From the NCBI RefSeq assembly GCF_036321535.1, contig NC_087437.1:115880001-115944000 (forward strand): DNA of 64,000 bases, read 5' to 3'. Positions 12,039 to 24,140 of this stretch are shown one piece after another; the first letter of the stretch is position 1; the number at the start of each line of letters is the position of its first letter. The notes beneath the pieces were generated by a model. It searched no databases. It was not told the origin of the DNA and worked only from the letters and a program-made list of their open reading frames with translations. The stretch is from Camelus dromedarius (taxonomy: Eukaryota). The translations under genes were made by a program, and so were the position numbers.

Positions 12039-12797
12039 AAACACATACGGAATCGACAAGACAAGGTCCTCCCATGTCTGCTCTCACTTCCCAGAGTCAG
12101 GCGCGTGCTGCTGTGTGGACCTTATTGCCAACTTTGTCACTTTCCCTCTAACGTTGTTGTCAAGTGTCAATCCATTATCTGGTTATTTGTTCTGATTTCT
12201 GCTGCAAAAATACATCAAAATACCACGACGCATGAGCTCTGCCCATCTTCCAAGTTGCAGTTTTAATCATTTTCATCCTTTTACACCACCTCTCCCAACT
12301 CTGACTTCTATGTGAAAAATTGTTCCCTCAGCATAGAAATCTGGAGGCCCCTCTGCCAAGCTCACTTCTGCCCCCTCCGCTCCCCCTGCCCCACCTTGGG
12401 CACAATGAATGAACCAGCAGTGTCACTTCAGGGTCCTCATCAACAAAATGAGACTTTTCTCTTTTGAAAAGAACTATGGTGCTTAGGACCTCCAAGGACA
12501 TAATATTCTTTGCATTGTGAGGCCTCCAAATTTACGGGAAGGGCTTCAAGCCGCCCAGACTCAAACATGGCTATTCTAATGTAGAAGGTCATAAATCGAT
12601 AGGGAAAATGGGATTTTCTGGAAGTACGCTTGTCTTATCAAATAGTTCGGCATTGTAAATGCTTCCTGCATGCAGGGATTTATCGGCCCGTGGACCTTTC
12701 TGCTTCTTAGCCATCACAGCCACTGTTGCAGAGTTTTGTGAAGATGTGACTGAATGTGTTCTGTGCCCAGCACATCAGGTCATAATATGGGAAGTGT

Positions 12798-12972
12798 TTA
12801 TTTGTTTTAAATTGAGGCTGAAGTCCCATAAAGTAAAATTAACGTGGAAGTGGACAATGCAGTGGCATTTCATGCATCCACAATGCTGTGCAAATACCAC
12901 CTCCATCTAGCTCCAAAACATCTTCATCACCCCAAAAGGCAACCCCGTCCTCCAAGCAGTTACTCCCTTTCA
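12798..12972 (-). mobile_element. Old L1 (L1MB-like) 3' end fragment
   Basis: CACAATGCTGTGCAAATACCACC...CCAAAACATCTTCATCACCCCAAAAGG is an antisense L1MB-type 3' terminus. Confidence 0.75.
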
Positions 12973-14324
12973 GAGGGTAATCATTTTTCAACAGATTCTC
13001 TGTTTTCAGTCATTCACTTAACAAATATGTATGCCTACTGTGTTAGGAATACATGTACTTTTCTTTCCTTATCATTTTCTTATTTTTCCTAAACATATTC
13101 TATATGGTTATAGGAAGTTTCTAGTCAACTGGGTCTGGTTAATCAATTGGTAAATTCTACTCCCTTGATAGAGACTTTACAACTTCCATGTTATCCAGCA
13201 AAAGGGCAGATACACAGCAAAGCCGTAGGAAATGCTGAATGACAGAGTTTTGCTGAAATCGTATTGGGTTAGAATTATACTGTCAAAGGGTCATTATCAT
13301 CTAAAAGACTTCTTTAGGGAGTCATGAATAGGAGTGACCAGAGATGTGATTTCACATCCTGTGTCAAGGCAAGGATTCCAACAGAGGAGGAGAAGCAGCT
13401 CACAGGGACTCTCACACCTGTTTAGTAAAAAAAGCATTTCACTCACAGCGTTTCATGTGGGACATTATGAACTGAATGGTAACTTGCAGTTCCTATTTCT
13501 GGACGAGCCAGTCGCCCAGAAGTTGCCCTTTTGAGAGGTGGTCATGAGAACAATCTGGATGCATGTGGAGAATGGCAAAGCCTTCAATATATAAGGTCTG
13601 GGAGTTGGGGAGGTGCCCCCCAGGCATCCTCTGACAATGAAGAGTGGGTCAGGATTTGGCAGTGAGCCCACTCCTTGTGGGTGTGGAAGGCAGGGTGCCT
13701 AGGTGCCCAGTTCCGTTCCCCCAACACCCCTCATCAACCAGCGTCCCTGAGCCAGCTCCGGGCTCCTACAACCTGTCTGCTCTCATTTCGGAAAACCCAC
13801 ACAGCTCTGGGCTCCTTGGCCTCTAATTGACATCTGGCTGCTGCTTTTTTGTGGGAGATTATCTGTCTAAAGAATCCCCATAATTGGGTTTTCCTCCTCA
13901 GCACTGGGAGGCGATGTTTTGCTGAAAGGATGCTTGATGTGAGAAAATGCCTTTCCTGACTTTGGGTGTTGGGGGCCACGGCTTTGCTGGAGCTGACACA
14001 CGCAGACCAGTGAGAGGGGATTTCTCAAAGAATTCTAAATCTGCATAACTCATCTCTCTTTTATAAGGATGTAAATCCCGCCACCCATCTTAGGTCCACT
14101 GAAGGGCGGCTGCTCCATCTCGGAGCCACAGAGCAAAGCCTTTTCCAGTGAGCATTTAGACTGTCTAATATGACAGCACAAATTCCTGCAGTGGAACGGA
14201 CATCTAAAGGAGACCCTTATACCAAATAGTGCTGGTAAACCTAGAGGGTCAGTGAGTAACAGGACATTTCAAAATCTCAATTGATAAATCCTATAAATGT
14301 CTTACAGGCCAGATCTTTTCTCTT

Positions 14325-14495
14325 TTTCTTTTAACTGAAGTATAGTTGATGTATAATATTATATAAGTTACAGGTACACAAGATAGTGATTCATAAGTTT
14401 TCAAGATTATACTCCATTTATAGTTATTATTGTAAAATATTGGCTATATTCCCCATGTTGTACAATATATCCTGGCAGCTTGTTTTATACCTAAC
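14325..14495 (-). mobile_element. Short 5'-truncated L1 3' end
   Basis: It reads TGAAGTATAGTTGAT...TACTCCATTTATAGTTATT...AATATTGGCTATATTCCCC, with a degenerate TSD-like CAGAT(C/A)TTT on both sides. Confidence 0.8.
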
Positions 14496-14611
14496 AGATA
14501 TTTCCTTTTCTTAATCTCACATTTAGCACCTTTATAATCTTTATAATGATACAACTGTCAGACAAATGTAATTCTGGAGAAAACCATTAGTCATGCCGCT
14601 AGCATCCATCC

Positions 14612-15066
14612 TTGTCTTCATTCCTTAGGGCCTCCGTAGCATTACCAGAATCCGGTGGCTCAAAACAGCAGAAATTTGTTCTCTCACCATCCTGGAGGTG
14701 AGAAATCTGAGACTAAGACATCAGCAAGGCCCACTGCCTCTGGAGGCTCTAGGGGAGAATCCTTCTAGCCTCTTCCAGATCCTGGGGGCTGTTAGTGGTA
14801 CTTGGTTTGTGGCTGCAACCCTCTAGTCTTTAAGGCCAGCATCTTCAGACCTCTCTGTCCTGCCTCACGTTGCCAATCCTGCTGTACATATATGAGTGCA
14901 TTTAGGGTCCACCTGGATAATGCGGGATAATCTCCCCAAGTCAAGATCCTTACCTCGATTACATTTGCAAAGATCTCTCCCCACTTTAGCTCCATGTGCG
15001 GTACCGCTCACAGGCTCCGGGGACTAGGGTGTGCTCTCTTGTGGAGCACACTGCTTTAAACTCTAC
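14612..15066 (-). mobile_element. MaLR LTR (MLT1C-like)
   Basis: It is antisense MLT1: GGTGGCTCAAAACAGCAGAAATTTGTTCTCTCAC...GGAGGCTCTAGGGGAGAATCCTTC...ACATTTGCAAAG. Confidence 0.8.
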
Positions 15067-18000
15067 CAGAGAAGTTAAGCAGATTTCTTTCCTGTAAAGC
15101 ATCTTCAAGCCTTTCTTACACTAGCAGACACTGGGAATCTCTAGGGGAGGGGGCAAGAACCTCCTAAAACAGTTGAATCACCAACACCCCTCGTCAATTC
15201 TGCTTTAAAAAAAAATTCTTCTGAGGATATATGGGACTGAGATCCCTAGGAATATCCTGCATACAGTGTTGGGCTTTAGGATAACTTAAAAACTTCGCAT
15301 CCAGCATTCAGTGCCTTACTGGCCCCATCCACCATTCCCGAACTTCTCTTACTGTTTCCTAATGAAAATGTCCAGCTTTAGTCAACATGTCCTGATCATT
15401 GTTCTCCAAACACACCTGTGCTCTCCTGCCTCCACTGTTTTCTCCTAAGAGAGTGACCACCCTCGCCATCTCCACCCCGAGCCAAGCTCCCCACCGCCCC
15501 CTAACTGGCGGCACTGTCGCCCCCATTATCTCCTCGGTAAAACCCTGCCCGTTCTCCACGATTCAGCTTAACTGATGCCTTCCTGCATCCTCCAAGAAGG
15601 AGTCTCTCCCTTTTCAAATCTCAGCTTTGGTGTTGAGATAATCTGGGGTCAATAATAATTATACAGAAAAGTGCAAATTGTTACTTTTCTGTTTCACAAC
15701 CAGCAGATTCAAGGTTACTCCTATAATGACCTTGTGGTCTTGGCAGGATGGAAAGACAGGGAAGTGAATTGCAGCATATTCTTGAGGTTTCTCTAGAAAA
15801 TGAGTTGTTGTGAGTTGAACTTTATGCCTCAGTTAAAAAAAAAAAAAAAAGATGAGGTCTGCAGGTGTACTCCACTCACTCAGAATTTTATCATCTACTT
15901 CCTGGCGATAAGAGTTTGCCTGTTGTTCAAAGCTGATTTTAACTTTTTATATCGGCCTTCACCGCCTGATTCTTGTTTTATAACTGACCTCCTCTCCCAC
16001 ACACTGTTAGTACCTGCTGGTAAGTACTTATTGATCATTTGGTTAATTATTTGTGAAGGACTCACCCTTGATTTATTTAAATAATTAGATTTTTAAAGAG
16101 AGGATGCAAGGAAGAATCTTGCATTTCAAGGAACACAACTTTTTTTTTTTTTTCACAACTCTTGATTTACTCAAAGCATCATTTTTTTCCTTCCTCGATG
16201 GTCACGAAGTAACATGTACAAGTCTGGCAGGAGAAAATGGTGAGAAAATCTTTCCCATGGGAGGGTCTTAGACATGCATTTGACATCTTTCCTTTCATTA
16301 AAGCCACGGACAGAGACTGTGGATCTTACATGGGAGGAGAAAATTCTGGATTGCAAAAAAAATCCAGACTTGTTTCTTCCTATCCACTTTTTTATGAGAG
16401 CGCTCTTGTTGAGAATGTAAGCTGGAAAAAAGGACCACACAGTCATGGGCCTGCAGGTTAGCGACCCAGCCACTTGGAGGAGGAAATAATTTGGGGATGG
16501 GGGTTATTTCGAAGTCAAGACACACTGACCATTGGGTGCTTTTCTTTGATTTAGTTGGACATTTGCTCCCGGGGAGAGTCAGAGCCATAATCTGAATTAA
16601 ATCCCTACTAAGAAAGCATCCCTGACAACTCAGCAGGGAGTGATGTTTGGTTTGGGTTTGACTTCAGGAAATCAAAGGCCAGGTTTATCTGTCTTAATTC
16701 TGTGAAGTGGACTGTGTGAATCGGGGAGCAAACACCGTCAATATCACATCTGTTTCAGGAGAGAGCATGTGATATTGGGAGCAAAGCGTCTGCATACTGA
16801 GTTGAAAGGATTACAGTATTTAGTAATGAAACTCGCAAGGAGACTCTTTGGCAAGGAATGAAAGTTCAAAGTTTGTAAGGTGCGGTATTACTTGTCAGAA
16901 CAAGGTGCGACAAGTAACCAACATGACATATTTAAGTCCCTAAGGTAGCTGAAATCAGTCAAAAGAATTTTTTGGTACCTAATGCCAACTTACAAAATCA
17001 AAGAGCCACACCATAACCCTTGGGTCTTCAAGAATACAGCACAAGGTGACAAAACTCCACAATATGAAATAAACATCTTCGTAAGGGGCTTGAGAATAGT
17101 AAGTGAACAGAGGTGTGCGGATAATAAGAAATTGCATTTTTGTTTTTGTTTTTCAGTGCCTGATAGGTGACAACTGCTATGCTGAATGCTTTATATGCAT
17201 TATATATTAGCTTTCAATATGTGACTACAGGAATATATATGCTTATTAGCTTTCAATCATATCCATTAACTTATGAGTGCATATGCCTATTCAAAAGCAA
17301 TTATTTATACATGCTTATGTACACAAGTCTACATATTAGCTTGTATGTACACATCCATTAGCTTTATGCACATCATCAAAACACTGCCAGGTGATTGTTA
17401 TGCTCAGTTGCAGAAACCCAGAGCAGAAGAGTTAAGCAATTTGCAAGTGGGCTCACAGCTAGTAGGCAGCTCAGTGGTATTCAGACCCTGGAAAGACCGC
17501 GCTGACGCTGACGGATAGCACTCTCTCTGGGAGGAGAACACTCGCCTTGCACGCCAGGCATATTTTGCTAACTGTAGAAACCTTTATGAATGCGGTTCTA
17601 GGCTACAGAGCGATTCTCTGAGTCAGTATTTAAACACCGAGATGCCCCCCGCCTCCCTTTCTTTTAACGCCTTTGAGTCTGAAATTTAATATATTGTGAG
17701 AGATTAAATCAAAGCAGAAAAGCACAAGAGAAATGTAGGCAGTGATGTTTTTACTGCTGAAGGTCCCCGCTCAGCTCTTTCCTCTTATTGAGACTTGGTG
17801 AAATCTGGGAAGTGCCTCCCTCCCACCCGATGACATCCACCGTCACTCCATTTGAATCTTCCCCAGCGCCAGAAGCCAGATGCTTCCCCTGCCTGCCTCC
17901 CCTCACCCCCAGACCAATTCAGGGATGCGGTGAGCCCGTGGGCTGTGCCAGCGCACACACCTGTCGGCGGAGGAAAAGTGGGGCGGGGGGGTGGGAGGGG

Positions 18001-19810
18001 CAGCAGCCTGGCACAAGGAAACACGTGGGTGGCAGATTATTGATGAAATATTCCCTTAAGGGACTTGTTCCCTTTCACTGGGGATAACAATGAGGCAAAG
18101 AGCGAACTCCTCTACCCAGGTGTTCACATCAGCCCGGGTCTGAGAAATGTCCTGTCCTCAGCTGAGGGCGGGTCCCTTCCCGGCCTGTGTTGTGTGATGG
18201 GGAGCCCCAGCCTTTTGAATTCAGTGTTCCCTGCTGCTCCCTCCGGCCATCTGCCTTATCTCAGGCTCAGCGAGTCCCAAACACGCATGCGCTCGCTGGC
18301 TCTGGCTTGGAGGCTCCTGCTCCCTCGGTTGGCCATCTGTCCTCGGCCCTCCTGCCTTTCTCATGGCCACGCCGCTGGGCAGGGGACCCTTCTCTCTGCA
18401 ACCCGAGGGCATAGAGGGCAGCTTGAGAACCCAAATTCCAGCCCCCCTAGCCTGCTCCTGGCCTGCTTCACCCGGATGGCCACATCTCCCATTCCCACTC
18501 TCTGCCCTGATGAAACCTGTTGTCAGCAGAGCTGCGGAGAAGGGCTTCGGAGGAGGAGTGGGGAGCAGTGGGAGGAGCGAGGGGAAGGATCAAGGGATGG
18601 GTGGCAGGTGGTGGGAGGGCGGTGCAGGCTGCCTGAACCAGGCGGCAGCGGTGGGAGGGGGGCGGGGAAGGACAGTGGGACGGGGTTGCAGTGGGTAGGA
18701 GGCAGGGAAGGGGAGCGGAGGACGTGTGAGGGAGAGAGTTTAAAAATGTATTTGTTTACTTTTCCTACTTTGGGCTGGAGCAAAGACAAGTGGGGTAGGT
18801 GTGGTCCCCATTCCCTATGGGAGCTGGGCCCCAACTGTGGGGCACTCTGCACTTGGGTCCCTAGGGGGAGTCACTGCTCCGCCACAGCCTTGGGGTGTCA
18901 CCTGCACACCCCCACTGGCTTGGCAAAGAGAGACTGGGGAGCACGGGATATCGCTGGGATGTGTGTGGATTGGGGTGATGGAGATGCAGAGGCAGAGATT
19001 TCTGGTTGCTCTTGGCCCCAGTGGACAGTGGTGGCAGCCTGGCTAGGGTGGCTGTCTCCAAGATGCCAAGCTGGGCAGGTGGCATGGTGACTTAAGCCTT
19101 GAACATCTGCTTTGTGTGTGATGACCGTCTGTAAAAGGAGTGGAAGAGGAGGGAGGACCAAAGTCGCTGTGATCCCAAATGAGAGAGGAAGACACTCCAG
19201 TGCAAAGCCCATAGCACTGGTTTCCCCGCTCCCCCCAAGATCTGGGCAGATGGAAACCAGTGAAGATTGTCTAAGCAGATGTGGCTGTCCCAGAGCTGGG
19301 CTTTCCATCTTCAACAGTTCAGAAAGGCACAGTGAGCGAGAACAAGTGTTATTGACAGAGCCAGTGGGCAGGTCCTAAAAACTGCTGTTTTGGAAAGAAT
19401 GATGCTGCTACCAGCTTCTGGGAGAAAGGCGATCTCTACCTCCTCTCCCCACCCGCCTTCCCCTGTTTCTGCCAGTCCCAAGAGCTGTGGTGTTTCCGAC
19501 TCTCCTCTTGAGCAGTATCGCACTGGGAAAAGCCCTTTATCTTTCTGAGCATCATTCAATGACATCATCACTAAGATAGAAATACTATTGACTTGGTTGG
19601 CCCCAAAGCCAAGTGGCGGAGGAAGATGAATTCACTGGGTGGCCACCAACAGTGGGCGAGTTTGCCATTCCTGCATTAAGCGAGTAGAGGGTGGCAACTG
19701 CAGCATGAACTGATGTTGGAGACCAAAGCCGTGGGAGGGTTTGCAATTGACTGGAAAATCTCACTATTGCTGCAGAAGAATGAATGATTGGTTCTTCCTG
19801 GTTTTCTCTA

Positions 19811-20028
19811 GAGCGGTGATTCCCAACCTCTCAAGACGGGATATCTTGCCCCTCAGAGCAAATTTAGTGATGTCTGGAGACAGGAGCTATGACAACCGGA
19901 GGCAGGTGCTAATGGCATCCAGTGAGTTGAAGTCAAGGGTGTTGTTAAACATCCTACAATGCGCACAACTTCACAATAAAGACTTATCCAGACCCAAAGG
20001 TCAATGGTGCCCAAGGCAAGAGACCCCC
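19811..20028 (+). mobile_element. MER20 (hAT-Charlie MITE)
   Basis: It contains ATGTCTGGAGACA, GGTGCTAATGGCATCCAGTG, TAAACATCCTACAATGC and GTCAATGGTGCC in MER20 order over ~220 bp. Confidence 0.85.
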
Positions 20029-22020
20029 CATCTGGAGCTTCCTAGTGCCTGAGAGAAGTTGTTGGTGTCAGAGATGACTTTCTCGCCCACCAAGTCAGGG
20101 ACATTCATCAAAAGGTGAGGATCAAAGTGATCTCCACGATCTTAAGGGAAGGGAAGGGAAGTGAATTTGAGAAAACAGATTTTCTCCATCTCTATTTGCA
20201 CGAAGACCAGTAATAACTTATACAAATGTCAGGCAGCCTGAGCTGAAATTCACTCAGTTTTATGTTTTGAACAGTGCTGTGTGCTCCAGTAAGTCAGACC
20301 CTTCCTAGTACGTGCTCGTTCCAGAGATGACGAGGGAGGAAACAGCATTTGTGTTTGGCGCTGGCTGTTAGGGGGTGGGGCCTTGCAGTGAGGCAGCAGA
20401 CGGAAATCACGGAAGCAAGAAAGTCCCCACCTTGAAGGACTCGGGAAGGAGGAGGAGGGGGGATCAGGCAGGGTGTGAAGCCCATCCCCATGGAGATGGT
20501 GGCTCAGGCCATTAAGCTGCACAAGGACCATAGTCCATTTCAGGCCCTCTGACCGCACAGCCAGCATCTCTGATTCCAACTGAACAGGCCCATAATCTTG
20601 AGCAGGAAGTGATTACCCTTGAATGTAAAATATATATTCCAGTAAGGATAAGTACATGCCTCTCAGTGAAAGAGTAACAGCTTTTTAGAGGAGCAGAAGC
20701 CGGGAAGAGGCTGCTGGCTCTCTTCTGCTTTGGATCAAAGGTTTTTTCCTAATGGTGGGACTAAGAGGGTATATGGTGTGGGGACCCAGCATACAATACA
20801 ATCTTCTGCATACATCTGTGTCCTGCTACCCTATCCCCCAAGCTGGCCCCCCTTGGCATCTACTTGTGTGCCTCCCTCCCCTTGTCCTGCAGGAAACCCG
20901 GGAGAGAATACACAGAAATGAAGACATACCAGTCAGAGCTGCAGGTGGCAGAGCCAAGCTGGTGAGGGTGGGGGGGCAGACCAGGTGAGGGATAAAATGG
21001 GGCTCCCAGAGTGGTGGGAGGGACCCAGCCGGGAGGTTGGGCTCCCAGAACTTATTCGTGGAAGCACATGGTAGAGCTGCTGGGAGAGGGAAGGGCTGCT
21101 TCTATGGGCACCTGTGCTGGCCGGCACCCAGCCCCGCTGCTCATCTGCATTAGCTCACCTGCAGGAGGGAGGGGCTCACAGTCTCCTGTCTTAGGCTGGG
21201 AGATGCAAAAGGAGGAGAAGAGGGAAAGTACCAAAGGAGAGTCTGGAGGAGATGCAGGGCAGCCAGAGTGGCACATGCCCTCCGTTGAGGAGGAAGGAGA
21301 AGGGAGGCTTGATGGGAGAGAGAAGAGAGAAGGACCAGAGAGCGAGGAGGGTGGAAGGCACACCGCCCCCAGGGAGAGCTGAAAGTGATGGGGGGCGGGG
21401 GGAAGGCGGAGGATCAGGAGGCGGGGAAGGAGCTCCAAGAAGACCTCCCTTTTACAGGAACCAGGGGTAGCAATGTGTGTGATGGTAATTCCAAGGAACG
21501 AAGTGCTGGTTAAACTGTGTAACGGCAGTGATGGGTGGTTAAGAGCGGGGGTCTGACTTTGCCATGCTGCTCTTCTCTTTTAGGGGGCGGCTTTTTGAAG
21601 TTTTATTAATTTTTTTTAATTACAAGTAATGGTATCCAAAACAAAATAAATGGCGATAACTAAAAAGAGTATAAAATACAAAGTAAAAGCTCTTCTGCCC
21701 ACTTCCGTTCACCAGAGGCAGTGCTGTCAAAGGTATCTGGTTTTAGTTCTTGTAACGATCAGCATGAATTTTATGAACTAGAGTTAGACCTTTATTTTCT
21801 AAAATTTCCACATCTTTCCCTGCTCTTTTAACACATGGTGTCCTCTTTCTTGTATTCTTTTCCCTTTCTTGACTTTTTTTTTTAAAGGATGCAAGGGGTC
21901 TAAGATTTCTGATTTCAATACGCCTGTATTATGCCCTCCCAATTCCCTGTCTACTGGGTATACATTTTTAGGCTGAAAATCATTTCCCTCAGAATTTGAA
22001 TTTAGCATTCTGTTGTCTTC

Positions 22021-22165
22021 TTTTTTATTTTATTTTTTATTGAAGTAGGGTTGATGCATAATAAATTACAGGTGTACCACATGGTGATTCCCAACTTTTA
22101 AAGGTTATGGGGAATATAGCAAATATTTTATAATTCCTATAAATGGAGTCTAACCTTTAAAAATT
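22021..22165 (-). mobile_element. Very short L1 3' end with internal inversion
   Basis: 22021-22108 is an antisense L1 tail of the same type as 14325-14495. 22109-22165 is the adjacent upstream L1 segment in the opposite orientation. Confidence 0.75.
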
Positions 22166-23497
22166 AAAGTCGTGTTACCTTTGAGATGGTGCTGTGATCG
22201 CCTGTGCGGGTGTGAGCCCGAGAGACAGATTCCATATTTGAAGTGTCTGAATTTTATTGGGATGGAGAAGGTTTTGAAGAGCACCATCTGGTGGGCCTGG
22301 TGTAGCTTTAGTCCCTGAGAATAGAGGGTCATTCAGTGCCCCGATGACTTCATGCGAAGAATAACTCTGCCCTGCCCAGAGCATCCTCCACAGCCCTGAA
22401 CTCCCAGTCCAGCTGTGAGGTTTCTTACCAGCCTTGAACAGAGGCCAAAATCTGGGTACCCACATCTGCTTGACGTGTGACATTGTCCTTTTCCATTGGG
22501 AGGGGTGGCGGCAAAACTGCTTTGTTGTGGTAAAATCCTACTCCCGGCCCGAGAGGGCCTGGGGAGGGGCGCTGGTCACAGTGTGTTTGAGATGCTGGGT
22601 GGGCATTTCCCGAGGGGAATAGGAGCTTTCAGTACCCCAGCAAATGGACAGGCCCCGTGGGTTTAACGCCTCCCTTCTCTCACTGTCAGGGGCCCTAATG
22701 CTTTGGGACAAGTGTGCTCCCACGGGAATTCTGCTGCCTGGGCCCCTGGTCTTGGTGGTTCCAACTTGAGCTTCCTCTTCTTAGGGGGCTGGTTCTGCCA
22801 CGGTGGCCATCATCCCACTCTTGTGGGCCATTCTGGTTTCCCTGGGGCCTGTCCTGGCCTGTTTGCCCTCAGCTCCCTTACCCCTCCCCCTTCTGCTCTT
22901 TATTGCCGGGGCCCCGGGGGACCTGTTTCCTGACCCTCCCTCTGTTGTCTTATAGACGGGCTCAGCCCTGGGGGACCTGCAGGTGGGAGGAAGGGAGGAG
23001 CCACGGTATTTTCTCCTCTCCTTCAGGAGGAATCTCTGGCACCAACCACATCTGTGTGGCTCCCAGTTGCCACGTCCCTCTGGCCCCCTGACTAGGGATG
23101 TGATGGTCCCCTGCCGTTGCTAACGCGTGGATTGGCTCCGTGTACCCAGGCTGGCTTTGCAGCATTTCCAGCATATAGCTCAGCCCCTCTGTCTTCTGCA
23201 GGGCTGACCTTACACCCTCCTCACGAGCGCAGGGCAGACTTCTTGGAAGTCAGCATGGCTACTGAGTTGTTTTGGCTAATGACAAACAGTGAGGGCAGAA
23301 GTGCCACTTCTTTGTGGGATTTTAAGGTGCAGGGTCAATATGCTTGTTCCTCCCCTCCCATGATGTGAATGTGAAAACAGTTGGAGATGGAGCCTTCGAC
23401 TGTCAGGGGCCCTGGGTGGGTGATCCCAAAGCGCTGAGCACGCGGCTGACCAGCGTGGAATAGTGATGTGATGGGGAAATAAATGTTTGTGCCCATG

Positions 23498-23548
23498 TGC
23501 GTGTGTGTGCATGTGGGTGTGTATATGTGTGTGCATGTGTGTGTGTGC
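23498..23548. repeat. Imperfect (TG)n microsatellite
   Basis: Seen directly in the sequence. Confidence 0.8.
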
Positions 23549-24140
23549 CTCCATCACCCCAAAATGCTGCACATAGTGTGGGAAAGGATCCCATTTTCTT
23601 GTCCTTCCATGGCTTAATGCAATGCTGGAGTGATAATAGCGAATCCATAAAACGAGAAGCAATGATTAAAAAATCACTGTGCTTTAATCGAGCTAATTTA
23701 ATATGCGGTGGTTGTAATTGGTTCTCACTCTTCATTTGACACTAGAACATTTCAAGTCTAGGCTAAATTGGAGCCATTTCTTTAATCGTAGGAGGAGTAA
23801 TTCCCTCTCCCATTAATGCAGACTGCCGAGACCTCTACGTGCCTGACAGAGCAGGCCCGGGACTCTGGGCAGGGGGAGGAGCCGTGGTCCACTCACCTGT
23901 GTCCTGGCTGGGGAAGGACCGCCTGGACCCACTCGGGATACAGCGGCCACTGTGTTGTTTATTTGAAAATGATGTCAAGTAACTCTTTCCTGTGCAGATG
24001 TGTTACTGTTGTGATAACTGAGGGGGCGGCCTGGGCAGGATGACTCGTGAGAAGGACCAGAAGGAATGCTCTGGGGCTCACGTGCCTGAGAGAGGCTGGA
24101 CAGATGGCGACAAAAAGCAACAGAAGTCAGCTAGTCAACA

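Noticed and set aside
18065..19090. 341-aa ORF, the longest outside the L1
   Set aside because: It has a non-ATG start, lies in GC/G-rich low-complexity DNA where stops are rare, has no recognisable domain, and overlapping ORFs occur in several frames.
20938..20951. CTCF-like motif GCTGCAGGTGGCAG
   Set aside because: It is a single imperfect motif and cannot be distinguished from background without conservation or ChIP data.
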